From an uncultured bacterium (GTDB lineage: Bacteria; Acidobacteriota; Vicinamibacteria; Vicinamibacterales; UBA2999): a stretch of 64,000 bases of DNA. This document shows positions 8,005 to 19,538 of this stretch, in pieces (the first letter of the stretch is position 1; each line of letters begins with the position of its first letter). The notes under the pieces are model-generated. The model searched no databases, was not told where the DNA came from, and worked only from the letters and a program-made list of their open reading frames with translations. Location of the stretch: assembly GCA_963923455.1 (NCBI GenBank), contig CAWULT010000004.1:16315-80314 (forward strand). The letters are read 5' to 3'. Both the position numbers and the translations under genes were made by a program.

Positions 8005-10239
8005 CTACCTCGTCCGGCTGTCCGGCGCCGCCGACGCGCCAACCGTGCGCAGCACGAAGTCGAGTATCGCCTGCTGCAGGTGCTTCGTCAGTCGTGCGTC
8101 GTCGAATCCGTGGCGCTGGGTCGGGTAGAGCATCATCTCGAAGGGCTTGCCGGCGCGCTGCAATGCGTAGGCGAACTGCACGGAGTTCTGCATGTGGACG
8201 TTGTCGTCCATCGTGCCGTGCACGAGCAGCATGCGTCCCTGCAGGCGATCCGCGGCGAACCGCGGCGCGGTACGCGCGTAGCCGTCGGGATTGTTGCGCG
8301 GCAGCTTCATCAGCCGCTCCGTGTAGATCGAGTCGTAGTCGCGCCAGTCGGTCACCGGGGCCCCGACGACGCCGCCGGCCCAGCTCGTGCTGTGCGTCAG
8401 GGCATAGGCGGTCATGAAGCCACCGTAGCTCCACCCGCTCAGGACGATGCGGGACGGGTCTACGAAGCTCTGCTGCCGCAGCCAGGCGACGCCGTCCTCC
8501 AGGTCCTGCAGTTCGAGCTCGCCGAGCCGGCCGTAGACCGGCCACTGGGACTCGACGCCCTTCGCGCTGGCGCTGCGGTTGTCGAGCATCCAGACGATCA
8601 CGCCCTGCTGCGTGAGCAACTGGTGGAACATGTACTGCGAGCCGCCCCAGCGGTCGCGGACGACCCCCGCGCCGGGCCCGGCGTAGGTGAACTGGTACAC
8701 GGGATAGCGGCGGGCCGGGTTGAAGTCGGCCGGCTTGATCAGCATGCCCTCGAGCATCGCGCCGTCGCGCGCCCGCACCTGCACGAACTCCGGCTTCGCC
8801 AGGGCATAGCGCGTCAAGGCCGGCACCGGGTTCGCATCGATCACCCGCAGCTCCTGGCCGTCCCCGCGGTGCAGGCGCACCTGCGCGGGCGTCGTCGCGT
8901 CACTCCAGACGTCGATGAACTGCGAGAAGTCTGAGTTGAAGATCGCCCGGTGCGTCCCGGTGGCCCGCGACAGCCGCGTCAGGCCCGAGCCGTCCAGCCC
9001 GATGCGGTAGATGTCCATGCCGACGGCACTGCGTTCGGGCGAGGCGAAGAACACGTGGCCGTTTCCGTCCTCGCCGTACAGCGTCGCGACGTCCCATCGG
9101 CCCGTCGTCACCTGTGCCATCCCGGTTCCGTCGGCGCGATACCGGAACAGCTGCCGGAAGCCGTTGCGCTCGCTGATCCACAAGAATGAGCCGTCCGACA
9201 GCCACACCGGGTTGCCGTTCTCGTTCACCCAGGCCTTCGTCGTCTCGCGCAGCAGCCGTCGGCTCGCACCGGTCGCGGCGTCGCCGACGTTCAGGTCCAG
9301 CCACGTCTGTTCCCGGTTCTGCGCCTGGTACACGACTCCGTGTGAGTCGGGCGTCCAGCCGACGTTGACGACCAGCAGGTCGGCTCGGTCGTAGGCCGTC
9401 GTGTCGATCCAGGCCGGGGCGCCGCCGGCGATCCGCACCACGCCGAGCGTCACCTCGGGGTTGGGATCGCCCGCCTTCGGGTAGTCGGTCACTTCGAGTG
9501 CGGGACGATAGGGAAGGTGATCGACGACGGTGTACTCCGGCACCGGACGCTCGTCCAGGCGCAGGAACGCAATGCGGGCGGAATCGGGGCTCCACCAATA
9601 TCCGCGGAACCGGCCGCGCCCGTAGATCTCCTCCTGGTACAACCAGTCGAGCCGCCCGTTCAGGATGGCGTCGCTGCCGTCCCCGGTGAGTGCGCGCTCG
9701 CGCTGCGTGGCGACGTCGACGGCATACAGGTCGTTGCCGCGGAGGAAGGCGACGAGGCGGCCGTCTGGGCTGAACGACGGCTCGTCCTCACGCCCTGCCG
9801 TCGCGGTGAGGCGGACGGCCCTCGACGAACCGAAATCGTAGAAATACAGGTCGTCGGCAATGGTGACCAGCGCCCCGCTCCGCGCCGGGTTCAGCGTCAG
9901 GCCCCGCGCGCGCGCGGCGGTCCGCGCCGCGCCGGCATCGACGCCCGGCAGAGCCGCCAGAGCCGACGCCATCGCGTCGGCAGCGAAGAGCCGCGACTCG
10001 GCACCGGTCGCCGCGTCCACGCGCATCCAGTCGTACCCGCCGTCGCCCCGCCTCGCCCACAGGTAGGTCGAGGTGTCGAGCCAGGACAGGTCCGTCGGCG
10101 GGGTACCGCTGAAGTCGAGCCGCGTGGCCGGGTCGTAGATGACGTCGATGCTGAGCCGCGCCGGGGCCTGTGCGTGCGGCACGGCGCCGGCGACGAGGAC
10201 TGAACCGATGAGCACGGCCAGGCGAAGGCGTCTCGGCAT
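8005..10239 (-). CDS. S9B dipeptidyl-peptidase IV family serine peptidase
   Basis: 744 aa with a signal peptide. DPP-IV N-terminal beta-propeller-type region (WSPDS, WLSDGSFLW). C-terminal catalytic GWSYGG nucleophile elbow, plus D and H regions (HGTMDDNVH, QRHGF). Confidence 0.9.
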   Translation of the reverse strand: MPRRLRLAVLIGSVLVAGAVPHAQAPARLSIDVIYDPATRLDFSGTPPTDLSWLDTSTYLWARRGDGGYDWMRVDAATGAESRLFAADAMASALAALPGVDAGAARTAARARGLTLNPARSGALVTIADDLYFYDFGSSRAVRLTATAGREDEPSFSPDGRLVAFLRGNDLYAVDVATQRERALTGDGSDAILNGRLDWLYQEEIYGRGRFRGYWWSPDSARIAFLRLDERPVPEYTVVDHLPYRPALEVTDYPKAGDPNPEVTLGVVRIAGGAPAWIDTTAYDRADLLVVNVGWTPDSHGVVYQAQNREQTWLDLNVGDAATGASRRLLRETTKAWVNENGNPVWLSDGSFLWISERNGFRQLFRYRADGTGMAQVTTGRWDVATLYGEDGNGHVFFASPERSAVGMDIYRIGLDGSGLTRLSRATGTHRAIFNSDFSQFIDVWSDATTPAQVRLHRGDGQELRVIDANPVPALTRYALAKPEFVQVRARDGAMLEGMLIKPADFNPARRYPVYQFTYAGPGAGVVRDRWGGSQYMFHQLLTQQGVIVWMLDNRSASAKGVESQWPVYGRLGELELQDLEDGVAWLRQQSFVDPSRIVLSGWSYGGFMTAYALTHSTSWAGGVVGAPVTDWRDYDSIYTERLMKLPRNNPDGYARTAPRFAADRLQGRMLLVHGTMDDNVHMQNSVQFAYALQRAGKPFEMMLYPTQRHGFDDARLTKHLQQAILDFVLRTVGASAAPDSRTR

Positions 10240-10246
10240 GGGGGTC

Positions 10247-10252
10247 AGATTA
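10247..10252 (-). promoter_or_regulatory. -10-like TAATCT, 7 nt upstream of the DPP-IV ATG
   Basis: The minus strand reads GTGCTAATCTGACCCCCATG. Confidence 0.4.
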
Positions 10253-10307
10253 GCACCCGGTGTCCCGCGCCGATCGGTCGAATCCGAAACCTGATATCGT
10301 CAGGACC

Positions 10308-11684
10308 GTGACGCGGCTGACATTTCTCGGCGCCGCCCGGACCGTCACCGGGTCGAAGTATCTGCTGACGCACAACGGCCGGCGGGTGCTGTTCGACTGC
10401 GGGCTGTTCCAGGGGCTCAAGGAGTTCCGCCTGCGCAATTGGGAGGACTTTCCGGAGCCGCCGGGATCGATTGACGCGGTCGTGCTCACCCACGCACACC
10501 TCGACCACGTCGGGTACCTGCCGCGTCTCGTTGCCCACGGCTTCGAGGGGCGTGCGTTTTGCACTCCCGGCACCAGGGATCTGTGCCAGCTCGTCCTGCC
10601 GGATGCCGCCAAGATTCAGGAGGAGGACGCACGGCAGGCCAACCGGCACGGCTATTCGAAGCATCATCCGGCACTGCCGCTGTATGACGCAGCCGACGCG
10701 CAGCGTGCGCTGACCCGCCTCCATCCCGTCAGCTATCGGCGTGAGGTCGAGATCGCGGAGGGCGTCAGCGTCGAGTTCGTCCCCGCGGGGCATCTGCTCG
10801 GGTCGGCGTTCGTGCTGGCGCGCCTGAAGGGCGGCCCGACGATCCTGTTCGGCGGCGACCTGGGCCGGTACGGGCGGCCCGTGCTCCCGGATCCGGAGCC
10901 GGCGGCCCGCGCCGACGTGGTCCTGGTGGAGTCGACCTACGGCGACCGCGACCATGCGGAGGACGACAACGGAGCGGCCCTCGCCGAGGTGATTCACGAC
11001 ACGGCGGCTCGCGGGGGCAAGGTCATCATCCCGGCGTTCGCGATCGGTCGCGTGGAGGAGCTGCTCTACTGGATCCGCCGGCTGGAGAAGGAGAGAAAGA
11101 TCCCGGTGTTACCCGTGTTCGTGGACAGCCCCATGGCGACCGAGGCGCTGAAGTACTACACGGCGCGCGTGTCGGAGCTCGACGAGGAGATGCGCCCGTC
11201 GCAGAAGGCCGTCTCCACGTTCGCGACGGCGCGCTTCCAGACCATCGCGTCGCCGCAGCAGTCGAAGGAGCTGACGGCGAGCCGCCGCCCGGCCATCGTG
11301 ATCTCGTCGAGCGGAATGGCCACCGGCGGCCGTGTGCTGCACCACCTCCAGGCGGCGTTGCCCTACGCGCGCAACACGGTGCTGTTCGTCGGCTATCAGG
11401 CGGCCGGCACGCGTGGCCGGCTGCTGGTGGACGGTGCCGCAGAGATGAAGATGCACGGCAGCCTCGTCCCGGTGCGGGCGCGGGTTGCGAAGATCGACTC
11501 GATGTCGGCGCACGCCGACCGAGGGGAAGTGCTGCGCTGGCTGCGCACCATGCCCGCGGCGCCGTCGCGGGTGTGCCTCGTCCACGGCGAGCCCGGCCCG
11601 CTCGAGGCGCTCCAGGGGCTCGTCCGGCAGGAGCTGGGCTGGACGCCGGTGATTCCCGAGCACCGGCAGACGATCGACCTCTGA
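10308..11684 (+). CDS. MBL-fold beta-CASP family hydrolase (RNA-metabolising metallo-beta-lactamase)
   Basis: LTFLGAARTVTGSKYLL, THAHLDHVGYLP (HxHxDH), beta-CASP region, C-terminal SAHAD and VHGEP. The start is uncertain: GTG 10308 is chosen, while the ORF opens at GTG 10260. Confidence 0.85.
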   Translation: MTRLTFLGAARTVTGSKYLLTHNGRRVLFDCGLFQGLKEFRLRNWEDFPEPPGSIDAVVLTHAHLDHVGYLPRLVAHGFEGRAFCTPGTRDLCQLVLPDAAKIQEEDARQANRHGYSKHHPALPLYDAADAQRALTRLHPVSYRREVEIAEGVSVEFVPAGHLLGSAFVLARLKGGPTILFGGDLGRYGRPVLPDPEPAARADVVLVESTYGDRDHAEDDNGAALAEVIHDTAARGGKVIIPAFAIGRVEELLYWIRRLEKERKIPVLPVFVDSPMATEALKYYTARVSELDEEMRPSQKAVSTFATARFQTIASPQQSKELTASRRPAIVISSSGMATGGRVLHHLQAALPYARNTVLFVGYQAAGTRGRLLVDGAAEMKMHGSLVPVRARVAKIDSMSAHADRGEVLRWLRTMPAAPSRVCLVHGEPGPLEALQGLVRQELGWTPVIPEHRQTIDL

Positions 11685-11712
11685 ACGCGCACTGGCGGGG
11701 CCCGACGGACCG

Positions 11713-13662
11713 ATGGACGCCGAATCCTCACTGATGGCCTCGACGCGCCGCTTCCTGCTGGAGCGCGTCGACGACGTGGCCATTGTCCAGATCTACGCCG
11801 ACGGATTCTCGCGTCTGTCGCGGCGCGAGAAGGTGCTGACCTGGCACCTGTACCTGGCCGCGCTCGCCGGCCGCGACATCTACTACGACCAGCGCTACGC
11901 GTACGGCCTCGAGATGCGGGCCGTGCTCGAGGGCGTGCTGCGCCACGCCCGCGGGCTCGACCCGCACGTGCTGGCCGAGCTGCGACGCTACACGAAGCTG
12001 TTCTGGATCGGCAGCGGACCGTTCAACAACGTCACCGCGCGCAAGATCCTGCTTCGGCTGACGCCCGAGGAGCTGACGGCGGCGGTCGCGTCGGCGGCCG
12101 AGCACGGGGCGCCGCTGCCGCTCCGCCCGGGCGAGACGCCCGGGGCGCTCGTCGCGCGCCTCGCGCCGCGGTTCTTCGACCCGGCCGTCGATCCGCTCGT
12201 GACCAACAAGACGCCGGGACCCGGGCGCGACATCCTGCGGTCGAGCGCCAACAACCTCTACGTGGACGTCTCGATGGCCGACTTGGACGGCTTCCGAGAG
12301 CACTACGGGCTGAACTCGCGCCTGGTCAAACGGGACGGCCGGCTCGTCGAGGAGGTGTACCGCGTCGGCGGGCGCTACGACGCCGAGATTCGAAGGGTCG
12401 TGCGGCACCTGACCGACGCGGTGGCGTTCGCGGAGCCCGCCACCGCGGAAGCCCTGCGCGCGCTGATTCGCTTCTACACCACCGGGGAGGAGGCCGACCG
12501 CGTCGCCTACGACATCGCGTGGGTCCGCGATCGGGACTCGAGCGTCGACACGATCAACGGCTTCGTCGAGGTCTACATGGACCCGCGAGGCATGAAGGGG
12601 TCGTGGGAGGCGCTGGTCTACCACGTCAACGAGGAGCGGACCAGGCGCATCCACGAACTCGCGCGCCACGCGCAATGGTTCGAGGATCACATGCCGTGGG
12701 AGCCGCGGTTCCGCAAGCCGGACGTCACGGGCGTGACCGCGCGCGCCATCGATGTCCTCATCGAGACCGGCGATTCCGGGCCGATGACGCCGGTCGGCAT
12801 CAACCTGCCGAACGACCAGGCCATCCGCGAGCGCCACGGCAGCAAGTCGGTGTCGTTGTCGAACGTCACCGCCGCGCACGAGCACGCCACGCCGAAGGCC
12901 ATGCGCGCGGAGTTCTCGTGGAGCGCGGAGGAGGTGGCGCGTGGCGAGGCGTGGGGCGCCTTCTCGCTCGAGCTGACCACCGAGATGCACGAGGTGATCG
13001 GCCACGGGTCGGGGAGGATGGCCGACGGCGTGACCGCCTCGCCGCACGAGCTGCTCAAGGAGCAGTACTCGGCGATCGAGGAGGCCCGGGCGGACCTGGT
13101 GGCGCTGTATTTCCTGCCCGATCCGAAGCTCGTCGAGCTGGGGCTGGTGCCCGCTGAGCACCATGGCGCCATCGTACGGGCGGAATACGAGCACTACACG
13201 CGTGGAGCGCTGGTGCAGCTCAGGCGCGTGCGCGAGGGCTCGCAGATCGAGGAGGACCACATGCGCAACCGCCAGATGGTGGTCAACTGGCTGCGCGCGC
13301 ACACCGACGCGATCGAGCTCCGGCGGCGTGAGGGCAAGACCTACCTCGTGATGGTCGATCCCGTCCAGTTCCGCGCCGGCGTGGCGCGGCTGCTGGCCGA
13401 GGTCCAGCGCATCAAGGGCGAGGGCGATCATGCGGCCGCGCGGGCCTTGATGGAGCGGTACGGCGTGCACTTCGATCCCGCGCTGCGCGACGAGGTGGTG
13501 GGTCGCGTCGACGCGCTGCAGCTGCCGTCGTACACGGCCTTCGTGATGCCGCGGTTGTCGCCGGTCTTGGGCGACGACGGCGAGATCGTCGACGTCGAGG
13601 TCTCCTATCCGTGCGACTTCGAGGCACAGATGCTGGAGTACTCGGCGCTGGGCCGCCCGTGA
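11713..13662 (+). CDS. M49-family (dipeptidyl-peptidase III-like) zinc metallopeptidase
   Basis: 649 aa. Contains HEVIGH (HExxGH) followed by EEARADL (the EExxAE second zinc motif typical of M49). An alternative ATG at 11734 is possible. Confidence 0.8.
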   Translation: MDAESSLMASTRRFLLERVDDVAIVQIYADGFSRLSRREKVLTWHLYLAALAGRDIYYDQRYAYGLEMRAVLEGVLRHARGLDPHVLAELRRYTKLFWIGSGPFNNVTARKILLRLTPEELTAAVASAAEHGAPLPLRPGETPGALVARLAPRFFDPAVDPLVTNKTPGPGRDILRSSANNLYVDVSMADLDGFREHYGLNSRLVKRDGRLVEEVYRVGGRYDAEIRRVVRHLTDAVAFAEPATAEALRALIRFYTTGEEADRVAYDIAWVRDRDSSVDTINGFVEVYMDPRGMKGSWEALVYHVNEERTRRIHELARHAQWFEDHMPWEPRFRKPDVTGVTARAIDVLIETGDSGPMTPVGINLPNDQAIRERHGSKSVSLSNVTAAHEHATPKAMRAEFSWSAEEVARGEAWGAFSLELTTEMHEVIGHGSGRMADGVTASPHELLKEQYSAIEEARADLVALYFLPDPKLVELGLVPAEHHGAIVRAEYEHYTRGALVQLRRVREGSQIEEDHMRNRQMVVNWLRAHTDAIELRRREGKTYLVMVDPVQFRAGVARLLAEVQRIKGEGDHAAARALMERYGVHFDPALRDEVVGRVDALQLPSYTAFVMPRLSPVLGDDGEIVDVEVSYPCDFEAQMLEYSALGRP

Positions 13663-14834
13663 TCGTCTCGGACCGCGTGCCGGTCGACGCGAACACCAAC
13701 GCGCTGACCCGCCTGCTCGCCGCCCGCCGCGCCGCCGGTGTGCCCGTGATCGACCTGACCGAGTCGAACCCGACCCGGGCCGGCATCGCGTATCCCCCGG
13801 ACCTGCTCGCGCCGCTCGGCGATCCCGCCGGGCTGCGGTACGCTCCCGATCCGCGCGGGCTCGAGGGCGCCCGCCGGGCGATCGCCGGCGACGCCGCCCG
13901 GCGGGGCGTCACCGTGTCACCGGACGCGGTGGTGCTCTCGGCCAGCACCAGCGAGATGTACAGCTGGCTGTTCAAGCTGCTCTGCAATCCCGGAGACACG
14001 GTGCTGGTGCCGAGGCCCAGCTACCCGCTCTTCGAGCACCTGACGCGGCTCGAGCAGGTGCGGGCGTGCCCGTATCGGCTCGAGTACCACGGACGCTGGA
14101 CCGTGGACCTGGCGAGCGTGCGCGAGGCGCCGGCCTCGACGCGGGCGCTGCTCGTGGTCTCGCCGAACAACCCCACGGGCTCGTACGTGTCGCGCGCGGA
14201 CCTGTCGGCGCTCGTGGCCCTGTGCGGCGAACGGGGATGGGCGCTGATCGCCGACGAGGTGTTCGTCGATTACCCGCTTGCGTCGCCCGAGGCCGACGGG
14301 CCCCTCACCGACGTCGCGGCTCGCGCCACCGACGTCCTCACGTTCACGCTGGGCGGACTGTCCAAGTCGGTCGGGCTCCCGCAGGTCAAGCTCGGGTGGG
14401 CCGTGGTCGGCGGGCCGCCCGGCGACGCCCGGCAGGCGCTCGACGGACTCGAGCTCGTCGCCGATACGTTCCTGTCGGTATCCACGCCGGTGCAGCTCGC
14501 GGCCTCCACGCTGCTCGCGCGGGGGCTGGAGGTGCGCGACGCCATTCGTCTTCGCGTGCGGGAGAACCTCGCGCGGCTGCGCGCGATGGCGACGGCGCAC
14601 CCGTCGTGCGACGTGCTGCCCGTGGAGGGCGGATGGTCCGCCGTGGTGCGCGTGCCGGCCACGCGCAGCGAGGAGGCGCTGGTGCTCGACCTGCTCGCCC
14701 GCGAGTCCGTCCTCGTCCACCCTGGCTACTTCTTCGACTTCGACCACGAGGCCTTCCTGGTGCTCAGCCTCCTGCCGCCACCCGACGCGTTCGCCGAGGC
14801 GTGCGCGCGCGTGCTGCGCTTCGCATCCGCATGA
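13659..14834 (+). CDS. class I/II PLP-dependent aminotransferase
   Basis: LVPRPSYPLF, SPNNPTG, ADEVF, GGLSKSVGLPQVKLGW (PLP-lysine context). The GTG start overlaps the upstream stop (GTGA). Confidence 0.8.
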   Translation: MIVSDRVPVDANTNALTRLLAARRAAGVPVIDLTESNPTRAGIAYPPDLLAPLGDPAGLRYAPDPRGLEGARRAIAGDAARRGVTVSPDAVVLSASTSEMYSWLFKLLCNPGDTVLVPRPSYPLFEHLTRLEQVRACPYRLEYHGRWTVDLASVREAPASTRALLVVSPNNPTGSYVSRADLSALVALCGERGWALIADEVFVDYPLASPEADGPLTDVAARATDVLTFTLGGLSKSVGLPQVKLGWAVVGGPPGDARQALDGLELVADTFLSVSTPVQLAASTLLARGLEVRDAIRLRVRENLARLRAMATAHPSCDVLPVEGGWSAVVRVPATRSEEALVLDLLARESVLVHPGYFFDFDHEAFLVLSLLPPPDAFAEACARVLRFASA

Positions 14835-16417
14835 GCACCGACGCCCTCCGGCGAGCCGGCGTCATGGTGCCGCTGTTCTCCCTGCGGTCTCCCCAGAGCT
14901 GGGGCCTCGGGGAGATCGGCGATCTGGCGACGTTTCTGCCCTGGGCGGAGTCCGCGGGGCTGCGCCTCGTGCAGCTGCTTCCGATCAACGAGATGCCGTT
15001 CGGCGAGGCGTCGCCGTACTCGGCGTTGAGTGCGATGGCCGTCGACCCGCAGTTCATCTCGATGGGCGCCGTCGAGGACTTCACGGCGATCGGCGGCGAG
15101 CACGGGCTCGAGCCCGGCCTGCGGCATCGGCTGGCCGCGGTCCGTGCCGCGGAGGCGATCGACTACCGCCAGGTGCGGATCCTCAAGTTCGCGGCGCTGC
15201 GGCAGGCGTACGCGTACTTCGTCGAGCGCGAGCTCCCAGCCAGGTCGCGCCGGGCGCAGGCGTTCCGGGCGTTCGCGGCCGAGCAGGCATGGTGGCTCGA
15301 CGGGTACGCCCTCTTTCGGGCGCTGCACGCCTGGCACGAGGGACGGCCCTGGACGGAGTGGCCCGAGGGGATCCGTCGGCGCGATCCGGCAACCGTCGCC
15401 GAGGCGCGTGCCGCGCTCTCCGACGAGATCCGCTTCCGGCAGTACGTCCAGTGGCTCGCATCGGAACAGTGGCGCGCCGTCCGGGCGTCGGCCGGCAACG
15501 TGGCGCTCTTCGGAGACCTGCCGTTCATGGTGGCGCTGGACAGCGCGGACGTCTGGGAGCGCCAGGACGAATATCGCCTGGACGTTTCGGTCGGCGTGCC
15601 GCCCGACGCGTTCAGCGAGACGGGTCAGGACTGGCGGCTGCCGGCCTACGACTGGGACGTCTTCGCCGCCCGTGACTTCGACTGGCTGCGCCGGAGGGCC
15701 CGCCGCAACGCGGAACTCTTCGACGGGTACCGCGTCGATCACCTCGTGGGCTACTACCGGACCTACGTCCGGCCGCACGACGGCAGCCCGGCCCACTTCA
15801 TGCCCGCCGACGAGGCGGCGCAGACGCAGCTCGGCGAGCAGGTGCTCGGCGTGTTCCGGGCCTCGGGCGCCGAAATCGTCGCCGAGGACCTGGGCACCGT
15901 TCCCGATTTCGTCCGGGCGTCGCAGGCGCGGCTCGGCGTACCGGGCTGCAAGGTGATGCGCTGGGAGCGGCAGTGGCAGGCGCCGGGACAGCCGTTCACG
16001 GATCCACGCGACTACCCGGAGCTGGCCGTGGCCACCTCGGGCACGCACGACACCGAGCCGATGGTCGCGTGGTGGGCGGCCACGCCTGCCGAGGAGCGGG
16101 CGGCGCTGCTCGCCGTGCCGTCGGTCGGCCGGGGCCTCGACGACGCGGAGCGCGAGGCCGCCATCGCCGGGCCGCTCATGGCGCCGGGTCTGCGCGACCG
16201 CGTGCTCGAGGCCCTCTACGCGTCGCGGGCCTACCTGATCATCCTGCCGATGCAGGATCTCTTCGGGTGGGACGATCGCATCAACGAGCCCGCCACGATC
16301 GGCGAGCACAACTGGACGTGGCGCATGCGGTGGACCACCGACGAGTTGCGGACGCGCGCAGAGAGCGTGTCGGTGGCGGCCCGCCTCCGAGGGTGGACCG
16401 ACGCGCACGGCCGCTGA
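14831..16417 (+). CDS. malQ: 4-alpha-glucanotransferase (amylomaltase, GH77)
   Basis: GVMVPLFSLRS..WGLGEIGD, LLPINE, SPYSALSAMAVDP, GYRVDHLVGY, EDLGTVP, TSGTHDT. The ATG overlaps the upstream stop (ATGA). The track ORF is 5-prime-extended to 14066. Confidence 0.9.
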   Translation: MSTDALRRAGVMVPLFSLRSPQSWGLGEIGDLATFLPWAESAGLRLVQLLPINEMPFGEASPYSALSAMAVDPQFISMGAVEDFTAIGGEHGLEPGLRHRLAAVRAAEAIDYRQVRILKFAALRQAYAYFVERELPARSRRAQAFRAFAAEQAWWLDGYALFRALHAWHEGRPWTEWPEGIRRRDPATVAEARAALSDEIRFRQYVQWLASEQWRAVRASAGNVALFGDLPFMVALDSADVWERQDEYRLDVSVGVPPDAFSETGQDWRLPAYDWDVFAARDFDWLRRRARRNAELFDGYRVDHLVGYYRTYVRPHDGSPAHFMPADEAAQTQLGEQVLGVFRASGAEIVAEDLGTVPDFVRASQARLGVPGCKVMRWERQWQAPGQPFTDPRDYPELAVATSGTHDTEPMVAWWAATPAEERAALLAVPSVGRGLDDAEREAAIAGPLMAPGLRDRVLEALYASRAYLIILPMQDLFGWDDRINEPATIGEHNWTWRMRWTTDELRTRAESVSVAARLRGWTDAHGR

Positions 16418-16445
16418 CGCGGCGCCGTGCGGATCCGGGGCGGGT

Positions 16446-18149
<1,704 letters not shown>

Positions 18150-18159
18150 CGAACTTCGG

Positions 18160-18165
18160 ATCTTA
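18160..18165 (-). promoter_or_regulatory. -10-like TAAGAT, 10 nt upstream of the glnS ATG
   Basis: The minus strand reads GAGTAAGATCCGAAGTTCGATG. It overlaps the rmuC stop codon. Confidence 0.35.
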
Positions 18166-19479
18166 CTCGGTGACGTCGGCTTTCGGGATGGCCTCGTCGG
18201 GCAGACCCATGAGTCCGGCTTGGGTGAGCACCCGGGGGACGCTGGCAATCGGTTGTGCGGGCGGCAGTTCGGCCGCCGTCGTGACGTCGAGATCCCGGAG
18301 CCGGCGGGCGCTGACGAGCACGCGGCTCTCGAAGGACCCGGCGGCCTGGTTGTAGGCCTGCACGGCGCCGTCCAGGCGTTTCCTGACGTCGTCGAAGTGT
18401 CCCGTGAAGGTGGCCAGGCGCTCGTAGAACTCCTTGCCGAGGCGGGCGACCTCGCGGGCGTTCTCGGCCAGCGCCTCCTGGCGCCACGCGTGGGCGACCG
18501 TCGTCAGCAGGGCGATGAGCGTGATCGGGCTCGCCAGCAGCACCCTGTTCTGGAGTCCGTGCTCGATCAGCGTCAGGTCCTGCTGCAGCGCCGTGCTGAA
18601 CAGGGTCTCTCCCGGCAGGAACATCACGACCATGTCCGGTGAACCGGGAAGCTGGTCCCAGTACGCCTTGCTCCCCAGCTTGTCCATGTGGTCCCGAACC
18701 TGCCGGGCATGCTGGGCCAGCTTCTCGGTCCGGACGGCGTCGTCGTGCGATTCCTGTGCGTCCAGGAAGGCGTCGAGCGGGGCCTTGGCGTCGACGACGA
18801 TCTGCTTGTCGCCGGGCAGCCGGACGATGAGGTCGGGCCGGAGCCGGCCGCCCTCCGTCGCCAGGCCCCGCTGCTCCTCGAAGTCGCACTTGTGCAACAT
18901 GCCGGCCAGCTCGACGACGCGGCGCAGCTGCATTTCGCCCCAGCGGCCCCGCGCCGACGGTGTCCGCAGCGCCCTCGCCAGGCTCTGTGCCGACTGCCCC
19001 AGCGCGGCGACCTGCTCGCTCAGCCGGGCGTAAGCCGACACACGCTCGCGCTCGACGTCCCCGAGCCGGGACTCCACCTTCCTGAGCGTGTCGGCGAGTG
19101 GCTGCACCAGGCCGTCCACGGCCTTCTGCCGGGCCTCGAGCTGCGCGGCCGCGTCCTGGCGGTAGCCGTCGAGCGTGGCCTTCGCCATGTCCATGAACGC
19201 GCCGCGGTTGGCGTGGAGGGCGTCGGCGGCGAGCGACTGGAAGGCGTCCCGAAGATTCTGTCCGGCCGAGGCCAGCAGTGCGTGCGTCGCGTCGACCGAC
19301 TGCTGCTGACGCTCGACCTCCTGCTGCAGCCACTTGTTGTCCTGCCGGGCCGCGGCCAGCTCCGTCGCGGCAGCGAGCCGGGCCTCGTCGAGGCGCCGGG
19401 CCCACACGCTCCGCGTGACGAGGAACGTCACGACGGCCGAGACGGCCACGGCGAGCACGAGCAGCAGGCTGGTGTCCAT
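18163..19479 (-). CDS. rmuC: DNA recombination protein RmuC
   Basis: N-terminal TM helix, long coiled coil, and C-terminal RmuC nuclease-like region ([26 protein letters not shown]). Start chosen at ATG 19479 (MDTSLLLV...); the ORF opens at 19560. Confidence 0.85.
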   Translation of the reverse strand: MDTSLLLVLAVAVSAVVTFLVTRSVWARRLDEARLAAATELAAARQDNKWLQQEVERQQQSVDATHALLASAGQNLRDAFQSLAADALHANRGAFMDMAKATLDGYRQDAAAQLEARQKAVDGLVQPLADTLRKVESRLGDVERERVSAYARLSEQVAALGQSAQSLARALRTPSARGRWGEMQLRRVVELAGMLHKCDFEEQRGLATEGGRLRPDLIVRLPGDKQIVVDAKAPLDAFLDAQESHDDAVRTEKLAQHARQVRDHMDKLGSKAYWDQLPGSPDMVVMFLPGETLFSTALQQDLTLIEHGLQNRVLLASPITLIALLTTVAHAWRQEALAENAREVARLGKEFYERLATFTGHFDDVRKRLDGAVQAYNQAAGSFESRVLVSARRLRDLDVTTAAELPPAQPIASVPRVLTQAGLMGLPDEAIPKADVTE

Positions 19480-19520
19480 GGAAGGGCGCGTCGCCGCGCC
19501 ACCGATGAGTGTACCGGGTT

Positions 19521-19529
19521 TGGTATTCT
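19521..19529 (+). promoter_or_regulatory. extended -10-like TGgTATTCT, 9 nt upstream of the M23 peptidase ATG
   Basis: TTTGGTATTCTGCTGCGTCGATG. Confidence 0.4.
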
Positions 19530-19538
19530 GCTGCGTCG

